Source: a virus
Taxonomy: Duplodnaviria; Caudoviricetes
Virus record (IMG/VR): IMGVR_UViG_3300025930_000011
Span: 475 to 64,474 of that record
Length of the DNA: 64,000 nucleotides
Reading direction: 5' to 3' (one strand)
A program made the translations under genes and the position numbers. Positions 17,239-26,178 of this stretch are shown here, in pieces. The first letter of the stretch is position 1, and each line of letters starts with the position of its first letter. The notes beneath the pieces were generated by a model. The model saw only the letters and a list, made by a program, of their open reading frames with translations. It was not told the DNA's origin and did not search any database.

Positions 17239-18233
17239 AAACGAAACTACGGATGAAGCTCGAAATCAAAGAGATCTCGGCAGAGGGAACCTTCGAGGGT
17301 CTACTCTCTCCGTACGGTAACGTCGACGGCGGCGGTGACGTAGTGGAGCCTGGCGCCTACACCAAGACCCTGAAAGACCAGGGGAACGTGCGGCCGATGC
17401 TCTGGCAGCACAAGACGGATGTTCCGATCGGTGATCTGACGCTCGACGATCGCCCCGATGGTCTCTGGTGTAAGGGGGCGCTGTTGATGGCGCTGCCCGA
17501 GGCGCAGAAGGCTTACCTGCTGATCAAGGCGCGTATCGTTAAGGGCCTGTCGATCGGCTTCGAGGCGATCCAGGATTCGGTGCAGAACGGTGTCCGCCGG
17601 CTAAAGGAGATCAAGCTCTACGAGGGATCGATCGTCACCTTCCCGATGAACGAATCCGCGTTGATCACGAGCATTAAAGCGCGGAAGGAAACCAAGGGAG
17701 ACTTCAATGAGGAACTGGCCGAGATCCAGTTATCCGACGCACGCTATCAGATGATGGGTGCGCTCTCCTGCGCGCTCTCCTCTGTGATCTGGGCAGACCT
17801 GAACCGCGACGAGAAGATTACCGCGGCCGAAGCGACAATTCAGCAATTCTCTGATGCCTTCATGGGGTTGCTGCCGGCCTACCTCGACATGCTGACTCAG
17901 CAGTACGGCGCGATGGAGACCTGGAACCAGAAGCTCATCGAAACGAAATCAGGCCGCAAGATCAGCGCGGCGAACAAAGAAACTCTCAAGGCAGCCCACG
18001 CGCATATGGATGAAAGCTGTAAGGCCGCGAAGAGCGCCATGGATGCAATTTTTCCACTGTTTGACGACGGAGCCGAGGAGGAGGACGACGAAGAAAAGTC
18101 GAAGCCTCTGGTCATCACTCCACCGCCGGCAGCCGGATCCAAGCCCGAGCCGGTCAGTGATCACTCGGCATTTCTCGCAGCAATCGATAAATTCACGAAG
18201 GAGATTACATGGACCCCCTCGAGCAGAAACTAG
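17235..18233 (+). CDS. prohead protease (HK97 family) with long C-terminal extension
   Basis: FEG..S.YGNVD..GDVV.PGAY, MLWQH, GLSIGF, LYEGSIVTFPMN. Confidence 0.93.
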   Translation: MKTKLRMKLEIKEISAEGTFEGLLSPYGNVDGGGDVVEPGAYTKTLKDQGNVRPMLWQHKTDVPIGDLTLDDRPDGLWCKGALLMALPEAQKAYLLIKARIVKGLSIGFEAIQDSVQNGVRRLKEIKLYEGSIVTFPMNESALITSIKARKETKGDFNEELAEIQLSDARYQMMGALSCALSSVIWADLNRDEKITAAEATIQQFSDAFMGLLPAYLDMLTQQYGAMETWNQKLIETKSGRKISAANKETLKAAHAHMDESCKAAKSAMDAIFPLFDDGAEEEDDEEKSKPLVITPPPAAGSKPEPVSDHSAFLAAIDKFTKEITWTPSSRN

Positions 18234-19417
18234 TCGAACTGACCGGCGTCATTACTACCTTCCGCGACAAAGCGCAGGAAGAGATGAAGACGCTCGGAAC
18301 CACCACCACGGAGACCGCCACCAAATTGGCAGCACTCCAAACGCAAATTGACTCGATCGACGCGAAGATGGCTGACCGCCAGGTTGCCGAAGAGCCGGCG
18401 TCGACCGTCGAGAAGGAGTTTAAGGAGAACGAGCAGATCCAGCGCCTGATGCGGGACAAGTCGGGTCGTGCTGTCATCCATCTCACCGAAAAGACCGCGC
18501 GCCAGATCTTCGCCCAGAAGACCACGATCACCTCCGGAGCGATCGGTTCGGCAACTTCCGGCGTCTTGCAGATTGACCGCACTCCCGGAATTACCGGTGA
18601 GGCTCGGCAGGCTCTCAAGGTTCGCGATGTTCTGAGCGCCCGCCCGACTCAGATGCAGGTGATCGACTTCGTGAAGGTGCTCTCCCCGCTAATCGCAGCC
18701 TCTCCGGTTTCGGAAGGCAGTCAGAAGCTCGAGAACGCTCTGACCTTCACCTCCGCCAGCGAGCGCGTGAAGACGATTGCGACCTGGATTCCGGCGTCGA
18801 AGCAGATCCTCTCCGACATGGGAGAACTGATGGGCTTCATCGAGACCAGCCTGCCCTATTACGTCAATCTGGCGGAAGAACAGCAGCTTCTCTCGGGCGA
18901 TAACACCGGGGAAAACCTGCACGGTTTGATTCCCCAGGCGACGGCCTTCAATACCGGCCTTCTGGTCGCGGCGGCCGGATGGAACAAGATCGATATCATC
19001 GGTCGCGCAATCCAGCAGATCACCGCGGCGAAGGAACTCGATCCAACCTTCATCGTTCTCCATCCGAATGACTGGTGGGGAATCCGCCTGACCAAGGACG
19101 GCTTCGGGCGTTACATCCTGGGAGATCCGCAGCAGCCTTCGAGCGGCGGCACAACCGGAACCGATGTTCGGCCCAATATCTTCGGCCTCACCGTGGTGCA
19201 CACTACCAGCATCACCACCGGCACCTTCCTGATTGGCTCGGGCTCTCCGATCGCCTCCGAGATTCGGGACCGCCTGGAGATGCAGGTCGAGGTATCAACG
19301 GAACATTCCGATTACTTCACACGAAATCTTGTTGCAATACGAGCCGAAAAGAGACTTGCGTTAGTCACTAAGAGGCCAGCTTCGTACGTTACTGGCACAT
19401 TTACAACCAGTCCGTAG
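18209..19417 (+). CDS. major capsid protein (HK97 fold)
   Basis: Coiled-coil delta domain, VKTIATWIPASKQILSD, EEQQLLSGD, HPNDW, FTRNLVAIRAEKRL. Confidence 0.95.
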   Translation: MDPLEQKLVELTGVITTFRDKAQEEMKTLGTTTTETATKLAALQTQIDSIDAKMADRQVAEEPASTVEKEFKENEQIQRLMRDKSGRAVIHLTEKTARQIFAQKTTITSGAIGSATSGVLQIDRTPGITGEARQALKVRDVLSARPTQMQVIDFVKVLSPLIAASPVSEGSQKLENALTFTSASERVKTIATWIPASKQILSDMGELMGFIETSLPYYVNLAEEQQLLSGDNTGENLHGLIPQATAFNTGLLVAAAGWNKIDIIGRAIQQITAAKELDPTFIVLHPNDWWGIRLTKDGFGRYILGDPQQPSSGGTTGTDVRPNIFGLTVVHTTSITTGTFLIGSGSPIASEIRDRLEMQVEVSTEHSDYFTRNLVAIRAEKRLALVTKRPASYVTGTFTTSP

Positions 19418-19419
19418 TC

Positions 19420-19448
19420 TGGACTATTTCACCAGTAATTGGTATACT
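19420..19448 (+). promoter_or_regulatory. sigma70 promoter of the free-standing HNH gene
   Basis: TGGACT-17 nt-TATACT with extended -10 TG. Confidence 0.6.
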
Positions 19449-19478
19449 GTTTACGGGGGATGGAGGAGTCCCCCGTAG

Positions 19479-20126
19479 ATGGACAAAAAGGAATATTTCA
19501 AACAGTACAAAGAAGCCAACAAAGAAAAGCTTGCCGAGAAGGCTAAGGAATACTATGCAAAGAACAAGGATAGGATGGCCGAGCAGAAACGAGCCTACTA
19601 CCTTGCCAACCGGAAGCGTTTCATTGCGAGGGCCAAAGAGCGTTACGAGGCTGATCCGCAGGCTGTTATTGATAGAGCTGTCGCGTGGAACAGAGACCAC
19701 CCCGAAGAGCGTAGTGTCATCAATCGAAAATGGGAATCCGCCAATATCGAAAAGCGCAACAAGTACTGTAAGGACCATCGCGAGCGCTACCCCGAATTTC
19801 ACAAGAAGCGTCTTGTTGAATGGCGGAAGAGTAACCCCCTCCTGGTGCGCATGTACTGTGCCAACCGTCGCGGCCGGATCGAAGCGAGCGGAGGAGAAAT
19901 CACTCCGGAGCAAGTTGAGGCGCTCTACGAAAAACAGTCTGGCAAGTGCGCGGCATGCAAAAAGGATCTCAACATGCAGTACCAGTTAGACCACGTAATG
20001 CCGCTGTCGCTTGGCGGAGAACACAAGATCGAAAACGCGCAGATCCTGTGCCGAAAATGCAACCAAATGAAGCATGCCATGCACCCCGACGATTGGGCCG
20101 CTCGCATCGGCAAGCTATTCGTGTAA
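19479..20126 (+). CDS. free-standing HNH (homing) endonuclease
   Basis: Basic helical N-term; Q.GKCAAC...LDHVMPLSLGGEH..EN.QILC.KCNQMKH. Confidence 0.9.
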   Translation: MDKKEYFKQYKEANKEKLAEKAKEYYAKNKDRMAEQKRAYYLANRKRFIARAKERYEADPQAVIDRAVAWNRDHPEERSVINRKWESANIEKRNKYCKDHRERYPEFHKKRLVEWRKSNPLLVRMYCANRRGRIEASGGEITPEQVEALYEKQSGKCAACKKDLNMQYQLDHVMPLSLGGEHKIENAQILCRKCNQMKHAMHPDDWAARIGKLFV

Positions 20127-20179
20127 AGCCGGAGCTGGCCTCTCGTTTGCAGTAGAAGTTCCGAAGGAGTATTACCAAT

Positions 20180-20500
20180 ATGTCCAACGAATCAGTTTTA
20201 CGAACAGGCTTCACGCCTGGAGAAGTAATAGCCGGGCCTGGAGTTGAAAAGACTCATCCCTCTTCCGGTCAGGTATCAACCTCGGGAATCACGGCCTCAC
20301 CGCAAGTCCCCACCGGAACGATCCGCTTCAAGCTCGATGGTGTGGTGAAGACTATCAATGGCCCTGTTACTGGAGCGCAGCTTCACAAGATGGCGGGCTC
20401 CGTCGACGGATACCCGGTAGAACTCAACGGAGTGCCGGATACGAACGATCCTTACCCGCTTCACCAAGATCAGGAACTGGCCACTTCAAAAGCCAAATGA
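20180..20500 (+). CDS. hypothetical protein with ubiquitin-like (multiubiquitin-type) C-terminal segment
   Basis: IRFKLDG......VTGAQLHKMAG. Confidence 0.5.
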   Translation: MSNESVLRTGFTPGEVIAGPGVEKTHPSSGQVSTSGITASPQVPTGTIRFKLDGVVKTINGPVTGAQLHKMAGSVDGYPVELNGVPDTNDPYPLHQDQELATSKAK

Positions 20501-20787
20501 AGCTTGTCTGCATCGCCCAGCAGCTCACCGGGGAGTACGGAACGGTGACTGCTGGGCAGGAGTTCGAGTGCCGCGAGGATATCGCGATGCAGTTGATTCG
20601 TAGTGGCTCAGCGAAGAAGCCCGGGAATCCTCGCGTGGTGTACGAGACCAAGCCCAAAACCTTCGAAACTCCCGAGGTGAGTCCGCGGCAACCGTTTCGT
20701 GACAGCTCTGTGCCTGACAAGAAATCGGCCTCAGTGGCTCCCAAAAGCGATCCGGTGCTTTCAGGCTCAGACGTACCCGCACCTTGA
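20497..20787 (+). CDS. small capsid-region protein
   Basis: GTVTAGQEFEC.EDIAMQLIRSGSA pattern, typical of genes following the major capsid gene. Confidence 0.65.
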   Translation: MKLVCIAQQLTGEYGTVTAGQEFECREDIAMQLIRSGSAKKPGNPRVVYETKPKTFETPEVSPRQPFRDSSVPDKKSASVAPKSDPVLSGSDVPAP

Positions 20788-21301
20788 AATGTTGATCGTA
20801 GCGGACGGTCAAGACGTTCGGGACCTACTGCCGAGTAGTGACGATCGAATCAGGTTGCTGCATGTTGAAGGAAATTCATCCATTGGCGAAAAGCGAAACT
20901 TCGGCTGCCAGCAATCGGCCGGCAGCGTCATTATCCACTTCGATGACGATGACCATTCCGCGGATGGGAGAGTTTCTGACCAGGTTGAGCGCCTCATGGA
21001 AACCGGCAAGGCCGTCACTGGTTATCATCGGCTCCGATTTACTGACGGAACTCACTGGTGGCAGTTCTCCGGCGCGCTCGACCGAGCACTCGGAACCTCC
21101 CTCTGCTACCGGAAAGCCTGGTGGGAGCATAGCCGGTTTCTCTCCCTTAACGTGGGTGAAGACAATATTTTTGCTTTCAACGCCTCTTGTGCCGGCCAGC
21201 TTTCGACCGCTGATGCTCAAGATCTGATGTACGCAACGATTCACCCCGGAAATACAAGCCCCCGAGCCCTAACTGGAAGTGATTGGAGTTTACTGTCATG
21301 A
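20699..21301 (+). CDS. glycosyltransferase family 2 (GT-A); possibly expressed by +1 frameshift from 20497
   Basis: VTALCLTRNR..WLPKAI..F..QTYP, IGEKRNFG, IIHFDDDDH, GED. Confidence 0.88.
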   Translation: MTALCLTRNRPQWLPKAIRCFQAQTYPHLEMLIVADGQDVRDLLPSSDDRIRLLHVEGNSSIGEKRNFGCQQSAGSVIIHFDDDDHSADGRVSDQVERLMETGKAVTGYHRLRFTDGTHWWQFSGALDRALGTSLCYRKAWWEHSRFLSLNVGEDNIFAFNASCAGQLSTADAQDLMYATIHPGNTSPRALTGSDWSLLS

Positions 21302-21636
21302 AGCTGAGTATGAAAAGACGATTTCTCTTTCTCCTGCTGCTGTTTTCCGTGTTCCTGATGGCCGGCAGCCCCGGCGGCGACATCACCGGGACTGGCGCCA
21401 CGGTGCAGATCGCGAGCAGTGGCAGTGCCAGGTGGGTGCAGATCATCGCGGACAGTACAAACAGTGCGGTCGTTCGTACGGATCAGGATTCCTCTGTAAG
21501 TTCCACTGTGGGGCTCAAGATCCCGGCTGGAGGCGGCTTCCTGTATCCGCCTCAAGGGCAGAATTACCGGCTGGCCGGCATCTACGTCTACATCGCTAAC
21601 GGGGACAAGATCAGCGTGATTTGGGGAAATCAGTAG
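21298..21636 (+). CDS. small beta-rich protein with signal-peptide-like N-terminus
   Basis: MKRRFLFLLLLFSVFLMA followed by a beta-strand-rich body. Confidence 0.7.
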   Translation: MKLSMKRRFLFLLLLFSVFLMAGSPGGDITGTGATVQIASSGSARWVQIIADSTNSAVVRTDQDSSVSSTVGLKIPAGGGFLYPPQGQNYRLAGIYVYIANGDKISVIWGNQ

Positions 21637-21662
21637 GTAGGAATCCGGCCTCGGTCTAGTTC

Positions 21663-22340
21663 ATGTATCCTACTTTCGGAAACTCGTATCCGTGGTACGA
21701 CACCTACGCCTCCTATGGGACGCTGGGCCTCACGGTCACCTCGCCGCCCCAGGTCTTTACCGAGCCCTTCACGCTCGATCAGGCGATCAGCTTCCTGAGA
21801 CTTCCTCCAACGGCTCCGGCGAATCCTGGCCGTGACGATGATCTCAGGGACATGATCGTGGCGGCAAGAGTGCAGGCGGAGCTGCTACAGAACCGGGACC
21901 TAGTGGTGAAGTCCTTCGATTTATCGCTCGATTACTGGCAGAACACTTCAATCGAACTGCGGCCTCACTTGAGGACGGTTGACCTGGTGCAGCAGAAGGA
22001 CTCGACTGGCGCCGTCATCGCTCTTACCGAAGGAACCCAGTACGTGGTCGATACCAGTAAGCAGCCAGGTACGATCTCGCCGCCCTGGAGTATTGGAGCG
22101 TGGCCGAGTTACACTCCGTGGCCCTCTTCCTCGATTTTGATCCGTTTCACTGCGGGCGTTTCCTCTGACGATGCGTTCTGGTCAGATACCGGGGCCACGG
22201 TCAAGATGGGGATGCGCCGGCTGATCAACGAATGGTTCAGTAACCGGCTGCCTCTCTCGATGGGGAAGAGCGCGATCGAGGGATATCCGGACATCATTAC
22301 TGCTCAGCTTTCGTATGGCGCTATCACGAGGGTTCGGTAG
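21663..22340 (+). CDS. head-tail connector / adaptor (gp6-like)
   Basis: EPFTLDQAISFLRL...DDDL..MIVAARVQAE, IRFTAG, LINEWFSNR. Confidence 0.85.
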   Translation: MYPTFGNSYPWYDTYASYGTLGLTVTSPPQVFTEPFTLDQAISFLRLPPTAPANPGRDDDLRDMIVAARVQAELLQNRDLVVKSFDLSLDYWQNTSIELRPHLRTVDLVQQKDSTGAVIALTEGTQYVVDTSKQPGTISPPWSIGAWPSYTPWPSSSILIRFTAGVSSDDAFWSDTGATVKMGMRRLINEWFSNRLPLSMGKSAIEGYPDIITAQLSYGAITRVR

Positions 22341-22730
22341 GTGGCGCAGAACTACCGCCGGCTGGTGGATATCTCGAGCGGCGAGCCGGTAATCGACTCG
22401 GGCAAGATGCGGCACTCGATCACCATCGAGAGGGACGTGGTTGCAAGTCCTCCTGAGATCAACGAAGGCGGCGTGGTTTCATCGCCTCAAACCATAACCT
22501 CTGCCAATGCGGCCTTCGAGACGTATAACACCGCGGATCAAATCCGGGATGGCCAGATCACCTCGCATATGGAAACGGTGGTTGCCATGTGGTATCAGCC
22601 GGGAATTTTAGGGGGCGACCGGGTGATCATGCCAAGCGGCAATAAGTTGATCGTGGAGGATTTGGATAACGTTCTGCAGATGGATATCGTGCTGGTGTTG
22701 ACGTGTACCGGCCTCGGAACCAATGTCTGA
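22341..22730 (+). CDS. head closure / head-tail adaptor protein
   Basis: IDSGKMRHSITIE...WYQPGI...DRV...L.LTC. Confidence 0.8.
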   Translation: MAQNYRRLVDISSGEPVIDSGKMRHSITIERDVVASPPEINEGGVVSSPQTITSANAAFETYNTADQIRDGQITSHMETVVAMWYQPGILGGDRVIMPSGNKLIVEDLDNVLQMDIVLVLTCTGLGTNV

Positions 22731-23409
22731 TTTGACGAAAAGCAGCAATCTTCCCCTGGTGACCGCCCTCTGCCTCACAAGACAGAGAAAACACTGGCTT
22801 CCTCAAGCAATCGACTGCTTCAACCTGCAAACCTACCCGAATAAAGAACTGCTGGTGTTAGGGGACTCAAGAGAAGATCTCGAAGGATTGACATTTCCTC
22901 CAGGGTCACTGGTGAAATATACCGATGGCGCCCAGCTGGTGGTAGGAGCAAAACGGAATGTCGGCTGCCAGGCGGCGAGAGGCGAAATCATCGCCATCTG
23001 GGACGATGACGACCACTCAGAACCGGGAAGGTTATCGCAGCAGGTGGAAATATTGCAGACGTCTGCAAGGTCCGTTACTGGATATAGAGAAATGAAGTTC
23101 ACCGACGGCCGGGAGTGGTGGAGATACCCGGGACCGGGAAAAGACTTCGTGCTGGCGACTTCCCTCTGCTTCCGGAAAGAGTGGTGGATGAAGCACCGGT
23201 TTGCCGAGATCCAGTGCGGACAGGATGAGCAGTTTGCGGCGGAAGCGGGGCGGTTGGGGCAGCTCGTCGAGTGTCCCGATATGGATCTGATGTATGCGAC
23301 GATTCACCCTGGAAATACTTCAGTGAGGCAGTTGAATGGAGGGCCGTGGTTGAAGATGCCAGCGGGGTTCCAGTGGAAGAAGGAAGCCCGCGAGGAGCAG
23401 GCGGCATGA
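22723..23409 (+). CDS. glycosyltransferase family 2, paralog of 20699..21301
   Basis: PLVTALCLTRQR, VGAKRNVG, IAIWDDDDH, MYATIHPGNTS shared with the first GT2. Confidence 0.9.
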   Translation: MSDLTKSSNLPLVTALCLTRQRKHWLPQAIDCFNLQTYPNKELLVLGDSREDLEGLTFPPGSLVKYTDGAQLVVGAKRNVGCQAARGEIIAIWDDDDHSEPGRLSQQVEILQTSARSVTGYREMKFTDGREWWRYPGPGKDFVLATSLCFRKEWWMKHRFAEIQCGQDEQFAAEAGRLGQLVECPDMDLMYATIHPGNTSVRQLNGGPWLKMPAGFQWKKEAREEQAA

Positions 23410-24131
23410 CCCCTCAAGGAACAGTGCGGATGGGACTCTCTGTCATCATCCCGAGCAAGACGGCCTCGAATCTGGTGCCCTGTATGGACGCGCTGAGGAA
23501 GCAGCAGCCGGGCATTAATATCTTCGTTGCGGACGATGGTGTGGACTGGAAAGCTATCATGCTGTGGGTTGAGGCTGATCCGGGATTCACGGTGGGTTGG
23601 TGCTCAAGGCCATTTATCTACGCTAAAAACTGCAACTTTGGAATCTCTAAAACCTGGCAAGATGACATCGTTCTCTTGAACGATGACGCGATCCTTGAGA
23701 CCCCCGGAGGCTTCACCGCGATGCAGCAATTCTGCTATGAGCATCCCGAGTACGGCCTCCTGTCAGCGCGGGTCAAAGGCAACGCGCATCACATTCACGC
23801 CTACAAGGAAGGTCTGACCGGTATCTCCGAAGGCGGCTTGGATGTCCCCTTCGTCTGTGTGTATATTCCGCGAAAAGTACTGGACAAAGTAGGGCCTCTC
23901 GATGAGCGCTTCACTGGCTCAATCGATGGAGAAATGGTGTACGCAGGAGAAGACACAGACTACTGTATGAGAATCCGGCATGCAGGGTACAAGCTCGGAG
24001 TGTTTAACGAATGCGTGGTCGATCATGGGACTCTGCCGAGTACTTTCCGGGGTCTCAATGGGAGCCTGCCGATCAATGCCACGATGAAGCGCTTCTATGA
24101 GATCCACGGCTTCCCCATGTGGAGCAGATAA
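23406..24131 (+). CDS. glycosyltransferase family 2
   Basis: LSVIIPS, DIVLLNDD, VGPLDERF...EDTDYC.R. Confidence 0.88.
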   Translation: MTPQGTVRMGLSVIIPSKTASNLVPCMDALRKQQPGINIFVADDGVDWKAIMLWVEADPGFTVGWCSRPFIYAKNCNFGISKTWQDDIVLLNDDAILETPGGFTAMQQFCYEHPEYGLLSARVKGNAHHIHAYKEGLTGISEGGLDVPFVCVYIPRKVLDKVGPLDERFTGSIDGEMVYAGEDTDYCMRIRHAGYKLGVFNECVVDHGTLPSTFRGLNGSLPINATMKRFYEIHGFPMWSR

Positions 24132-24134
24132 CCG

Positions 24135-24623
24135 ATGCTTAAGCTCAACCTGGGCGCGAATGATGACCGGAAATCGGGCTTCGTCTCGGTGGATATCTGC
24201 GAACCGGCAGATGTGGTCCATGACCTGAACTACCACTGGCCCTGGGAAAACTCGACCGTGGATGAAATCTATGCCCACGATGTTTTTGAGCACCTAGGAC
24301 CGAGCAAAATCTGGCCGATGAATGAGGCCTGGAGGGTGTTGAAGCCCGGCGGCATCCTCGATTTGGCAGTACCGTGCGTGATGCTGGCCGATGGAAGAGT
24401 GAACCCGGGAGCCTTCGCAGACCCGACGCATCGAACCTTCTGGACCCTGGATGATCAGTACTACTTCATGGAGCCATGGAACCATCCGGGAGGGGAAAGA
24501 GGAAGATTGGGACCGGCGTATGGGATTCAGGCGCTGTTTCGGGGTGAGTGGCGGATGGTTGAGTACGGAGCATCGAATGAGCGGAGGAGTAAGATTCTGG
24601 CTCACCTTACGGCGGTGAAGTAG
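24135..24623 (+). CDS. class I SAM-dependent methyltransferase
   Basis: KLNLGA, DVFEHL, EAWRVLKPGG, DPTH. Confidence 0.88.
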   Translation: MLKLNLGANDDRKSGFVSVDICEPADVVHDLNYHWPWENSTVDEIYAHDVFEHLGPSKIWPMNEAWRVLKPGGILDLAVPCVMLADGRVNPGAFADPTHRTFWTLDDQYYFMEPWNHPGGERGRLGPAYGIQALFRGEWRMVEYGASNERRSKILAHLTAVK

Positions 24624-24680
24624 ATGGGCGGAAAAGGCGCGGTTGTTGATTTGGTGGAGGGTTCACCTCGCCGCACCTGG

Positions 24681-24706
24681 GTCTGGCTCCCTTTGGTTGG
24701 TCGGGA
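24681..24706 (-). repeat. dispersed 26-31 bp repeat, copy 3
   Basis: Reverse complement TCCCGACCAACCAAAGGGAGCCAGAC. Confidence 0.85.
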
Positions 24707-24881
24707 CTTGGTTTTGATGTGATGACCATCCGCATATTTCTGCTGCTGAGCGCGATTATGGCCTTCTGTTGCCGGGATGGGGTGCGCTGAATTACATGTC
24801 TGAATATCAATTTGGCGTCGTGTCCGGTGTGCTGATGGCGGGTTGCGTCATCCTCTTGGTTATTCGCCTCCGGCGCAATTA

Positions 24882-25505
24882 ATGTTTCACCTCACTCATA
24901 AAGAGCTATTGGAGCTGGCCTTCTGGCTGCGTTGCGACATGCAGGCTGAGGGTGTGCAGCTATTCCGGTATCTCGATGTCCTGAAGATTCCTTCGCCGGA
25001 GCAGAGTATCGGGGAATTTGTTAGCGCGTCCCTGCCGCGGCAAATCCTCGAGATCGGCACTGGGCCTCACTGGGGACTATTGCCCTTCATCGAAGCCGAT
25101 CTGAAATTCGGAGTCGATCCCCTTTATCCGGCATATGAAGCAGTCGGGATCCTGGAAGAACGAAACGGCATCCGGCGAGTGGATGAACCGTTCGAACACT
25201 GGGACACGGATCAGCAATTTGACCTCATCCTAACGACCAATGCACTGGATCACGGAGAGATGGGATTCTACCTGCTGCCGAAGATCTGGAGGATGCTGAA
25301 GCCCGGCGGCCGGTTCTACCTGCACGTGCATCTGAGGCCAGAGGAACTGAAAAACCTCCTTCACGATCACCCTTTGACAGAAGAGCAGCTCGACAAGCAT
25401 TTGGGATATACCGATCTGATTCAGGAGCGGAGAGAGTTGCTCGATAAGGATCTCGATGGGTTTGAGAGTAAGACACTGATCGGGGTGTGGAGGAAGCCGG
25501 AGTGA
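24882..25505 (+). CDS. class I SAM-dependent methyltransferase
   Basis: ILEIGTGP, GVDPL, FDLI...NALDH, RMLKPGG. Confidence 0.88.
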   Translation: MFHLTHKELLELAFWLRCDMQAEGVQLFRYLDVLKIPSPEQSIGEFVSASLPRQILEIGTGPHWGLLPFIEADLKFGVDPLYPAYEAVGILEERNGIRRVDEPFEHWDTDQQFDLILTTNALDHGEMGFYLLPKIWRMLKPGGRFYLHVHLRPEELKNLLHDHPLTEEQLDKHLGYTDLIQERRELLDKDLDGFESKTLIGVWRKPE

Positions 25506-26092
25506 CCATCGGCAAGATTCAGCAACTGAGCACGCAGGCCCCCGCCCTCGTTGCTCCGCCGCGTCCCCCGGAAATTCGCGCCATCACCCCCTTCGAGCGC
25601 TGGGACCATCACACCATCCGTGGGCTTGAGCGTAATTCCATCCGGGAATTCGTCACGAGGCACAAAGATCTGTTGACAGGCCGCGTGCTCGACTTCGGCG
25701 CAGGGAAAGAAGGGACCTGTTTAAAGCCTCAACCCTACCGTGACTTAGTTTCAGGAGAGTACGAGCCCTGGGAACCCGATGACAAGTGGCCGGTTCCAGA
25801 ATATGATGCGATCCTTTGCACGCAGGTGCTGCAATACGTTCCAGATCCGGCGCTTGTCATCCACTGGTTTCATGGATGGCTGAAAGAGGGCGGGTATCTG
25901 GTGTTGACAGTGCCGACTTGCTGGGACGAAGTGGAAGCCTCTGACTTGTGGAGGTGGACGAAGGCCGGGATCGAGAAGCTGCTGACTGATCAGAAGTTCG
26001 AAGTGCTTCAAGTCGAGCGGAGGGCGGAGATCGAGCTGGGAGGCTTTAAGTTTCCTCTGGGGTATGGAGTGGTTGCGAGGAGGAGGGGATAG
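25502..26092 (+). CDS. class I SAM-dependent methyltransferase
   Basis: VLDFGAG..PYR, YDAILCTQVLQYVPDP, LKEGG.LVLTVP, DLWRWT..G. Confidence 0.88.
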   Translation: MTIGKIQQLSTQAPALVAPPRPPEIRAITPFERWDHHTIRGLERNSIREFVTRHKDLLTGRVLDFGAGKEGTCLKPQPYRDLVSGEYEPWEPDDKWPVPEYDAILCTQVLQYVPDPALVIHWFHGWLKEGGYLVLTVPTCWDEVEASDLWRWTKAGIEKLLTDQKFEVLQVERRAEIELGGFKFPLGYGVVARRRG

Positions 26093-26178
26093 CCGGGAGC
26101 ACCAATTGGCGGTGAAGTAAGCCATCCGGGATGTCAACTCCGGACCCAATCCAAACTCCCGGTGACATTGGAAATTAT

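Noticed and set aside
24607-24810. 67-aa minus-strand ORF in the glycan cluster gap
   Set aside because: No family motif; its similarity to 57164..57409 comes only from the shared DNA repeat
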